From Candidatus Izemoplasmatales bacterium (lineage in GTDB: Bacteria; Bacillota_I; Bacilli_A; Izemoplasmatales; Hujiaoplasmataceae): a stretch of 64,000 nucleotides of DNA. Each line of letters opens with the position of its first letter. The stretch's first letter is position 1. Under the pieces are notes generated by a model. It saw only the letters and a list, made by a program, of their open reading frames with translations, had not been told where the DNA came from and made no database searches. Below, in pieces: positions 20,250-29,002 of this stretch. The position numbers and the translations under genes are program-made. The DNA is taken from contig JBMNEZ010000001.1 of assembly GCA_050949045.1 (NCBI GenBank), forward strand, positions 1 through 64,000, read 5' to 3'.

Positions 20250-20338
20250 TAGACTTTCAAGATTTCAAAAACTTGCAAAAGTTGAAAGTCTAGGGTATAA
20301 TACTTTCAAGATAACAAAATTTTTGTTTTTTTGAAAGT
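20250..20338 (+). promoter_or_regulatory. Two operator-like inverted repeats flanking TATAAT
   Basis: TAGACTTTCAA-N21-TTGAAAGTCTA, TATAAT at 20296, ACTTTCAA-N21-TTGAAAGT. Confidence 0.75.
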
Positions 20339-20349
20339 GAGGCGTAGTT

Positions 20350-21552
20350 ATGAAACTTATCGAAAGAACTTTATATTTAGATAGACTTAAAAGAGTTAGA
20401 AATACTCCTGATATTAAAATTATCACTGGTATTAGAAGATCAGGCAAGTCTGAACTTATGAGATCTTATTTAAAATACATTAAAGAAACTGAACCAGAAA
20501 CAAATATAATAGAAATTGACTATGGTAATTTAAAATATGATGATATAAAAGATTACAAAAGTCTATATTCATATGTCGAAAGCAATTATAAACCTAATAC
20601 CAAAAATGTCTTAATGATTGATGAAGTTCAACTTTGTCGTGAGTTTGAGATTGCGGTTAACAGTCTTCATAACAACAAAAAATATGATATTTATTTGACT
20701 GGATCTAATGCTTTTTTATTAAGCTCAGATTTATCTACATTATTTACTGGAAGATTTATAGAAATTCCAGTTTTTCCATTTTCATTTAAAGAATATTTAG
20801 AATATTTTGAGATAGAGGATAATTTTTCTAATCATTTAGAAAATTACTTAAAAGTGGGAGGATTTGCGGGCTCATATTTATATGAAAACAAGGAAGATTC
20901 TAATGCATATATAAAAAACGTGTATACATCTTTAATTAAAAGAGATTTAGTCGATAGATATAATATTGAAGATATTTCGTTATTAGATACGCTAACAGAA
21001 TTTTTAATGGATAACATATCCAGCCTTACAACCGCTAATAATATATCTAACATATTAAATAACAAAAAGATTAAAACAAATCATGTAACTATCGGAAATT
21101 ACATTAAATATTTATGTAATGCTTTTATGTTTTATAAAGTAAAAAGATACGATATTAAAGGGAAAAAGTATTTAGAAATAAACGACAAGTATTATTTATC
21201 CGATTTATCTTTCCGTTATTCTATATTAGGAGTTAGAAACATAGATTATGGAAGAGTTTATGAAAATGTAGTAGCAATCGAATTATTAAGGCGGGGATAC
21301 GATATATATGTAGGTAAACTTTATGAAAAAGAAATAGATTTTATGGCAATTAAAGGTAGTGAAAAAATTTATATTCAAGTATCAGACAATATAAGCAGAG
21401 AAGAAACATTAAAAAGAGAAATTGCCCCTTTAATTGCTATAAAAGATGCTTATCCTAAAATTATCTTAGCAAATACGACACACCCAATGACAATAAAAGA
21501 CGGTGTAAAAATATTTGATTTAGCTAGATGGTTAATAGATGATAAGAATTAA
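20350..21552 (+). CDS. AAA+ superfamily ATPase (AAA_14 + DUF4143-type)
   Basis: GIRRSGKS, MIDEVQ, TGSNA, KYYLSD, EIDF..YIQV. Confidence 0.9.
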   Translation: MKLIERTLYLDRLKRVRNTPDIKIITGIRRSGKSELMRSYLKYIKETEPETNIIEIDYGNLKYDDIKDYKSLYSYVESNYKPNTKNVLMIDEVQLCREFEIAVNSLHNNKKYDIYLTGSNAFLLSSDLSTLFTGRFIEIPVFPFSFKEYLEYFEIEDNFSNHLENYLKVGGFAGSYLYENKEDSNAYIKNVYTSLIKRDLVDRYNIEDISLLDTLTEFLMDNISSLTTANNISNILNNKKIKTNHVTIGNYIKYLCNAFMFYKVKRYDIKGKKYLEINDKYYLSDLSFRYSILGVRNIDYGRVYENVVAIELLRRGYDIYVGKLYEKEIDFMAIKGSEKIYIQVSDNISREETLKREIAPLIAIKDAYPKIILANTTHPMTIKDGVKIFDLARWLIDDKN

Positions 21553-21693
21553 ATAATTATGTCATAAAAAAGATGAATTAGAATTTGTGGTAGGTTAAAA
21601 TGAATAAAACAGAAGACTTAAGACTTTATTGTTAATGTTAATATGAAACTGTGCCACTATTAAACAATATATTTTTAAGATGGGAAAGGTGAA

Positions 21694-22317
21694 ATGAGAG
21701 CAAAAGAATATTTAAAAAATCCAACGGGAGCCTCTGCGTTATCATTTTGGAAAACATGCCACTTTAATGCTCCTACTCATATTAAAGTTATTAATGAAAA
21801 TGAATTTAATCCAAATTTACTTGAAACACATACTGATGAAGTTTATTTTAAGTTGGTTCATTATCTCGAAAATATAGAAAAACAGTTTAAATCTGATAAA
21901 TTTATATTTGTTAAGGCTAGTACGGAAGAATTTGTTAATCATATAAATTCCTGCTATGAGAAAGAGAGATTAACAGCTGATGAACTAGAATCTTATAAAA
22001 ATAGACCGGTATACGATGAAGATCTATGGATTTGTTTATATGATAATGTAAATCATGTTATAGCTGCCACTGGTATAGCAGAGTTTGATAGAGAGATTAA
22101 AGAAGGCTACCTAGATTGGATTCAAGTTTCCAAGGAATATAGAGGACAAGGATTAGATAAGATTATTGTTTATGAACTGCTGAAAAGACTTAAAAGAAAG
22201 GCTAACTTTGTAACTGTTTCAGGAAGAGTAAATAATAAAACAAATCCAGAGAAATTATATGAAAGTTGTGGCTTCGAGAATAAAGTTTTGTGTCATATAC
22301 TTACGGAAAAAAAGTAA
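21694..22317 (+). CDS. GNAT family N-acetyltransferase
   Basis: LDWIQVSKEYRGQGL, LYESCGF. Confidence 0.85.
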   Translation: MRAKEYLKNPTGASALSFWKTCHFNAPTHIKVINENEFNPNLLETHTDEVYFKLVHYLENIEKQFKSDKFIFVKASTEEFVNHINSCYEKERLTADELESYKNRPVYDEDLWICLYDNVNHVIAATGIAEFDREIKEGYLDWIQVSKEYRGQGLDKIIVYELLKRLKRKANFVTVSGRVNNKTNPEKLYESCGFENKVLCHILTEKK

Positions 22318-22361
22318 TAGAAGATATGCTAGAAAGTAATGATGAATAATATTTAGGTTTA

Positions 22362-22712
22362 ATTTTCCTCTATTTTTTCTTAAAAGATATGCCGAAAGAC
22401 TTTTTAACCGGTTTATGAAAGCGTCTTTGTCGCCGACAACTTTCTTCTAAAATGCTCAAGAATAATCCAAAAGGTATGTTAATGGATTTTTTAGTAGTTT
22501 TATGTAAATGTATGCTTTTTCTCTAAATCTTTTGTGTTAAAAGAGGTGCCATAAAAATATTTAATTAGTAAAATCTAGTTGATTGATAAAATCGCCTAAC
22601 AAGGCGTTTTTTTCATAAAATGAAGTCCATCTAGGTTATAAAAATGTTTCTTAGATGGACTTTTTTAAAAATTGATATTGGTTTTTGATTTCCCATACCA
22701 AGGGTTCGAACC
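22362..22712 (+). repeat. Module A + TGCCA (22547) + module B junction, attP-like
   Basis: Collinear with 17035-17385. Confidence 0.9.
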
Positions 22713-23013
22713 GTTTATATAATCATAGCGATTCCAATGGTGCTGTTAAAGAAATGTTAGGGAGACATTTAGAAGGACATAGGGAGACGCGAAGAAAATT
22801 AGAGGAGATGTTTAAAAAGGCTGAAGACGACAAAATGTCATTTCTTGCGATAGAAATGTCGTTTAAAAAATAAAGTGGCCCTTTAATTTATAAGGAATTG
22901 TAATAATATTATTTTTTATTAAATAGATTTAGATACTAGAAATAGGGTGGACATTTTTGATTTAGAAAAAGCCGAGACAAGTAGAGACTTTATATATACA
23001 TAATTTAATAATC

Positions 23014-23100
23014 TGCAAAACACGGAATAAAACTCTTGAAAAATCCGGAATGAAATCTCTGAAAAATCCGGAATAAAACTCTTGAAAAATCTGGAATGAA
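23014..23100 (+). repeat. Four tandem 23-bp direct repeats in the promoter of the third AAA ATPase
   Basis: Consensus tgaaaaatccggaataaaactct, period 23; TATAAT just downstream. Confidence 0.9.
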
Positions 23101-23130
23101 TGTATATAATAAATGTGAGGAGGGAACAAT

Positions 23131-24390
23131 ATGATGATGCCTATAAATTATAAAAAAAGATTGATTGAAGAACAGATTAAAGAAAAGATGAAATATAGTG
23201 GTGGAGTACTTATTGAGGGAGCAAAATGGGTTGGCAAATCAACTACTGCCAGTATCTTTGCAAAAACAATAGTGAGCCTCCAACATCCTCGCATTAAGAA
23301 AGAATATCAAGCTTATGCTGCTGTTTTAGATGATAAAATTTTAGAGGGCGAAAAACCAATTCTATACGACGAATGGCAAGACATTCCTGAAATTTGGGAT
23401 TTTATTCGTATTGATGTTGATAAAAACAATTATAAAGGGGCATATTTGTTAACTGGTTCTACTAGGAAACAAAACATAGAAACATCTCATACAGGTACAG
23501 GAAGAATTAACTCCGTTTATATGAGACCAATGAGTTTATATGAAAGTGGTGAATCTAACGGACTTGTTTCTTTGAAAAAACTTTTTAAAAATTCAAAATC
23601 ATTTGTTGAAAAGTCTACAGTCACTATTGATGATATTGCCTATTTGATTTGTCGTGGCGGTTGGCCTGGAAGTTTGGACTTGGATAAAAAATCACAATTG
23701 CAAATCCCAAAAGATCTTTTAAATTCGATTATTACTAGAGATTCTAAGGAAATTGATGGAATATCGAAAGATATAAAAAAAATGCGTAAAATTGTTCAAA
23801 GTTATGCAAGAAATGTTTCAACATTAGCCTCAAACTCAACAATCTATAAAGATCAAAACTATAATGAAATAGTAACTGAGAAAACATTTAATTCGTATAT
23901 GAATTCATTAGAGAGATTATTTATTGTTGAGGATGTTGAGGCGTGGTCTCCTAGTGTTAGAAGTGCTAGCAGAATTAGAAAAGGAAATAAAAGACAATTC
24001 GTTGATCCAAGCATTGCTGTTGCTGCATTAAGTTTAACACCAGATAAACTTTTGAAAGATTTTGAAACCTTCGGATTTTTATTTGAATCAATTGTTACAA
24101 GAGACCTTAGGGTGTGTGTTGAAAATATTGGAGGCAATGTTTATTATTATAATGATTCATCAGGACTTGAAGTTGACTTGATCATTGAATTAGAAGATGG
24201 TTCTTGGGCTGGTGTTGAGGTAAAATTAGGTAGTAATGAATTAGATAAAGCTAGTGCTAATTTGTTAAAACTAGCTGATATATCCGAAGTCAAACCATCA
24301 TTTCTGATGGTATTAACTAATACTGAGATAGCATATCGAAGACCAGAAGATGGGATATATGTTGTACCTCTTGGTTGTTTAGGTCCTTAA
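23131..24390 (+). CDS. AAA+ superfamily ATPase (DUF4143-type)
   Basis: GAKWVGKST, YDEWQ, LTGS, GGWP, DPSIA, EVDL..VEVKLG. Confidence 0.9.
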   Translation: MMMPINYKKRLIEEQIKEKMKYSGGVLIEGAKWVGKSTTASIFAKTIVSLQHPRIKKEYQAYAAVLDDKILEGEKPILYDEWQDIPEIWDFIRIDVDKNNYKGAYLLTGSTRKQNIETSHTGTGRINSVYMRPMSLYESGESNGLVSLKKLFKNSKSFVEKSTVTIDDIAYLICRGGWPGSLDLDKKSQLQIPKDLLNSIITRDSKEIDGISKDIKKMRKIVQSYARNVSTLASNSTIYKDQNYNEIVTEKTFNSYMNSLERLFIVEDVEAWSPSVRSASRIRKGNKRQFVDPSIAVAALSLTPDKLLKDFETFGFLFESIVTRDLRVCVENIGGNVYYYNDSSGLEVDLIIELEDGSWAGVEVKLGSNELDKASANLLKLADISEVKPSFLMVLTNTEIAYRRPEDGIYVVPLGCLGP

Positions 24391-24659
24391 TTTTTATAAA
24401 AGAATTTGAAGATGTTTTTGTGCTAATAGCAGAAATTGAATATAAAGATTTACACAATGAAATAAGAAATCAAATGTCTGTACTTATACTATAGATTAGG
24501 ACTAAAACTTGGTACTATGAAAAAGGGAATTTTTCTTATGAAACACAGTGGAAAATTGAAATTTTAGATTGTCTAACTTCTATTGTCTGAACGATTATAA
24601 CCTAGGGGGTTGCACGATTGAACGATTACTTCCGAAATTGTATCAATTAGGACAGCGCT

Positions 24660-24830
24660 TGCCATAAAAATATTTAATTAGTAAAATCTAATTGATTGAT
24701 AAAATCGCAAGGCGATTTTTTCATAAAAAGAAGTCCACCTAGGTTACAAAAAAGTTTCCCGGATGGACTTTTTAATATTGATATTGGTTTTTAATTTCTC
24801 GCACCAAGGGTTTGAACTTCTCATTTTAAA
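24660..24830 (+). repeat. Module B copy 4 (not preceded by module A)
   Basis: tgccataaaaatatttaattagtaaaatcta..aatcgcaaggcgattttttcataaaa..aagtccacctagg..ggatggacttt..gcaccaagggtttgaac. Confidence 0.9.
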
Positions 24831-25013
24831 ATATGAATAATAATTTCAAAATAATATTTGTAGAATACTAACACTAACTATTTGATAAAAAAAAGGGGAA
24901 CTCTCGTTTTATTCCATAAAAACATAAATTTTTTATCAAATACATGATAAAATTATTTTAAAGATCAATCTAATTATTATCTAAGAGTTTATATTTAAGA
25001 TGGGAATGATAAA

Positions 25014-26972
25014 ATGAGAGCAAAAGAAAAAAACACAGATATTTGGGTGTATGAATTATTAAAAGAAGCAGGATTAAAATTAGATCCTCAAGGATCTACA
25101 ATAAAAGAAATAGATAGAGCACTTAAATCGGCTTCTAAGCATGGAACTGGAAAGCCTGGTTTTCCTGAATATACTGGGGTTGTAAAAGATTTTTTAATTG
25201 TCATTGAAAATAAAGCATCTGTTTCAAATCATGTTAAAAGAACGAGTGAAGATTTAATTTGTCAAGAAACTGATTCAATAGTTAATTATGCTGTAAATGG
25301 AGCTTTGTTTTATGGAAAACATTTAGCTAAAAATACATCGTATAAAAAAATAATTGCTATTGGTGTTTCAGGAAATGAAAAGAAGCACAGAATTAGCCCT
25401 GTTTTTGTTAATGAACGAGAAGATTATTATGAGTTACCGGAATTAGAAACATTTATATATTTCAATGAACAAAACATTGATGAGTATTATATCAAAGAAA
25501 TTTTAAAAGAAAACACAGATTTTGAAAAAGAGACTCAAGAAATATTAGCAGATGCTAAAGTGTTACACGAAGATTTAAGAAATTATGGTGCGATACAAGA
25601 CAAAGACAAGCCCCTAATAGTTTCAGGAATATTATTAGCATTAAGAGAGATTGAGCATGGCAATTTTAGTATTGAGTCATTGACTGGTGATACTAGAGTA
25701 ACTGATGGACAAAAAATTTATAATGCAATACAAGCCAATTTATCAAGAGCAAATGTTTCTCCAGAAGTTAAAAAAGATAAATTGTTAAATCAGTTTTCTG
25801 TTATAAAAGATACTACAAAAATTAATTTAATTGAACCAAATTTAGGTAAAACACCGAATAGACATTTTACAGAGTTTCTATATAATAGCATATATAAATC
25901 TATTAGATTTCATCAAAATGGAGAAGATTATTTAGGTAGATTTTATGGTGAATTTATGTCTTATTCAGGTGGAGATGGACAGGCTCTAGGGATTATACTA
26001 ACACCAAGACATATCACAGAATTATTCACGGAATTGTTAGATTTAAAACCTGAAGATAAAGTATTAGACCCTTGTTGTGGAACTGGTGGTTTTTTAATCG
26101 CTGCAATGCATAATATGATGCAAAAAACAGAAGATCATCTAAAAAAAGAAAGTATTAGAAAAAACCAATTATTTGGGCTTGAACTACAACCATATATGTT
26201 TACTATTGCAACCACTAATATGATTTTAAGAGGAGATGGCAAAAGCAATCTTGAACAAGATGATTTTTTAAAACAAAATCCTAAAAAGTTGCAATTAAAA
26301 GGTTGTACAGTAAGAATGATGAACCCACCATATTCACAAGGTTCTAAAACTAATCCTGATTTATACGAGATATCTTTTACTGAACATTTACTTGATTCTA
26401 TAGTTGAAGGAGGTAAAGTTGCAATTATAGTTCCTCAATCTACTATGACAGGTAAAACCAAATATGAGCAAAGCGTTAAAGCTAATATTCTAAAAAAACA
26501 TACTTTAGAAGGTGTTATTACTCTAAATAAAAATACATTCTACGGGGTTGGAGTTAATCCTTGTATCGCGGTTTTCACTATAGGTGTTCCTCACCATGAA
26601 GAAAAGACTTGTAAGTTTATTAATTTTGAAGATGATGGTTATGTTGTTCAAAAACATATTGGGTTAGTAGAAACTCCAAGTGCCAAGGATAAAAAACAAC
26701 ATTTACTGAATGTATGGTTTAATCGTGTTGAATCTGATACTAGTTTTTGTGTTGAAACAACCATAGAATATGATGATGAATGGTTGCACTCTTTTTATTA
26801 TTTCAATGATGAGATTCCATCTAATGAAGATTTTCAAAATACCATAGCAGATTATATTACCTTTGAGGTTAATATGATTACTCACGGTAGAGGTTATTTA
26901 TTTGGTATTGATAATGAGTTAGAACAAATAGAAAAACCATCAAAAGATGTAACGGGTGATTCAAATGATTGA
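25014..26972 (+). CDS. Fused restriction endonuclease/N6-adenine methyltransferase (BcgIA-like, Type IIB/IIG)
   Basis: N-terminal GFPE..VIENK nuclease-like motif; LTPRHI, DPCCGTGGF, NPPY. Confidence 0.88.
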   Translation: MRAKEKNTDIWVYELLKEAGLKLDPQGSTIKEIDRALKSASKHGTGKPGFPEYTGVVKDFLIVIENKASVSNHVKRTSEDLICQETDSIVNYAVNGALFYGKHLAKNTSYKKIIAIGVSGNEKKHRISPVFVNEREDYYELPELETFIYFNEQNIDEYYIKEILKENTDFEKETQEILADAKVLHEDLRNYGAIQDKDKPLIVSGILLALREIEHGNFSIESLTGDTRVTDGQKIYNAIQANLSRANVSPEVKKDKLLNQFSVIKDTTKINLIEPNLGKTPNRHFTEFLYNSIYKSIRFHQNGEDYLGRFYGEFMSYSGGDGQALGIILTPRHITELFTELLDLKPEDKVLDPCCGTGGFLIAAMHNMMQKTEDHLKKESIRKNQLFGLELQPYMFTIATTNMILRGDGKSNLEQDDFLKQNPKKLQLKGCTVRMMNPPYSQGSKTNPDLYEISFTEHLLDSIVEGGKVAIIVPQSTMTGKTKYEQSVKANILKKHTLEGVITLNKNTFYGVGVNPCIAVFTIGVPHHEEKTCKFINFEDDGYVVQKHIGLVETPSAKDKKQHLLNVWFNRVESDTSFCVETTIEYDDEWLHSFYYFNDEIPSNEDFQNTIADYITFEVNMITHGRGYLFGIDNELEQIEKPSKDVTGDSND

Positions 26973-28595
26973 GAAGTTGACATTGAATGATGTTAGTTGG
27001 AGTAAATTTAAAGTTAAGGATGTTTTTGAAGTAACTAACTCAAAGCCGTATCACAAGGAAATCTTAGAAGTTTCATTGCGTGGAATCCCCTATATCACTA
27101 GGACATCATTAAACAATGGATTAGATGAAATTGTTAATATGGAAGAGAACTTTGATATTAATAAAGGAAATGCTATTACTTTGGGTGCAGAAAACGCTGA
27201 CTTTTTTTATCAAGAAAAAGATTATATAACAGGAAATAAAATGTACAGAATTTCTAATAAATATATGAACAAACAAATTGGGTTGTTTTTAGTTCAAGTG
27301 TTTCGTGAAAGCATTAAAAACAGCGGTTTTGGATATGGTAAGGGTTTAACGGGGACTAGATTTAAAGAAAGAATAATTGTGTTACCTGTTGATGATAATG
27401 GTCGTCCAAATTGGGAATTTATGGAAAATTATATTAAACAAGAACAAAAAGAAATTGCCCAAAATGTAATTAATTATTACGAACAAAAAATGATTGAAAC
27501 TGGCTTTGATTTAATAGGTTTAGAAGATGTTGAATGGAAAGATTTTAAAATCAGTGATTTGTTTGAAACTTTTGAAGGATCGAATGGAGTTCAAACACCA
27601 ACTGGAAGTTACATACCTAAAGATGAATTAATTGACTCTAACATTCCAAGAATTACAGCAAAAGAAACAAACAATGGTATTGATGGATACTATTATTCTT
27701 CAAACAAAAATTTTAGAGTTTTTAAAAACTTTATTAGTGTTTCATTTATGGGGAGTGCTTTTTACCATTCTTATGAAGCATCTTTAGATATGAAGGTTCA
27801 TGCTCTTATTCCTAAAAACTTTGATTTAACAGAAAATATTGCATTATTTATTATTCAAACATTAAAAAATAATACAAAATTATTTTCTTATGGGAATCAG
27901 CTTTCAAGTACTGATTTACCACACCAGAAAATATTATTACCTATAGATTCTAACGGTAATCCACATTTAGAATATATAGATATATTCGTAAGAAAAATAA
28001 AATCAGAAAATATCGAAAAAGCACTACAATATATATATATATATATAAGCTAGCAATTAAAGCGGAACAACAATTGTCAAATTTAATGGATAAAGAGTGG
28101 AAAGAGTTTAAAATTAAAGAATTATTTGATGTTAGTGGAACGGTTACAACACATCCAACCGAACTAATATCAGATGGTAAAACGCCTCGAATTACTACAG
28201 CTGCTAGCAATAATGGTTTAGAATCTTTTTATAGAAATAAAGCAACTGAAAAAGGAGGAGTACTCACAGTTGATAGTGCAACAATTGGTTATGTAAGTTA
28301 TCAATATTCAGATTTTATAACAACAGATCATGTTGAAAAAATTAGTTTTAAAGGCGAAAGATTTATTCCAAAAACGATAGGTTTATTTCTTAAAACATGT
28401 ATTGACAAATCAAAGGGTGAAAAATTTGGTTATGGTTATAAATTTAGTCAATTTAGAATTAATAGACAAATCATAAGTTTACCTGTTGATAAAAATGGAG
28501 AACCAGACTATGCATATATGAATAAATATATCTTAATTCAACAAATAAAAGAACAATACAAAGTTATAAATTATTATTATTCTCTTATAGATTGA
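26956..28595 (+). CDS. RM specificity (S) subunit split by an (AT)9 frameshift: 2 TRDs in ORF 26956-28053, third TRD in 28074-28595
   Basis: Three repeats of W..F.i.dlF...P.IT....NNG...I.LP.D.NG.P; removing one AT unit fuses the ORFs. Confidence 0.85.
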
Positions 28596-28614
28596 CATAA
28601 ACAAAAGGGCTTGA

Positions 28615-28752
28615 TTTTCCACTATTTACCCTCAAAAGGCATCCTAAATGACTTTTTAACCAGTTTATGAAAGTGCCTTTGTTGCCGTCAACTTTCTTCT
28701 AAAATGCCCAAGAATAATCCAAAAGGTATGTTAATGGATTTTTTAGTAGTTT
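28615..28752 (+). repeat. Module A copy 3, truncated before the TGCCA core
   Basis: Near-identical to 22398-22500 up to ttttttagtagttt, then diverges. Confidence 0.88.
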
Positions 28753-29002
28753 AGCACGGTTGAGCGATTTTCTAGTATAAAATCACTTTTGAAGAGGATA
28801 TTTATACTTAATGAGTTTATTGATATCAATATCTTTCAGAATAAAATTGTCAATATTAAAGTTAAGCATATCCGCTAAAGTTGAAACGTTTAGAGTGGCA
28901 GTGCAAGTACTTTTACAAAAAAGTGTTGCTTTTACTATTTATAATTAGTAAACTGAAAATAGATATTCTGTGGAATATAAAAAATGCCTACAGGGGGAGA
29001 AT

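Larger units (their letters stand above)
15171..28752 (+). mobile_element. AT-rich genomic island: tandem cassette array at the tRNA-Trp 3' end, no integrase in window
   Basis: Abrupt compositional shift after the tRNA; recurring modules A and B joined at TGCCA; accessory cargo genes, all on + strand. Confidence 0.8.

Noticed and set aside
22685..22873. 62-aa ORF as a real gene
   Set aside because: Starts inside module B with no RBS; more likely the 3' fragment of a lost gene.
23014..23100. 23-bp repeats as a CRISPR array
   Set aside because: Repeats are head-to-tail with no spacers, there are no cas genes, and they overlap a promoter.
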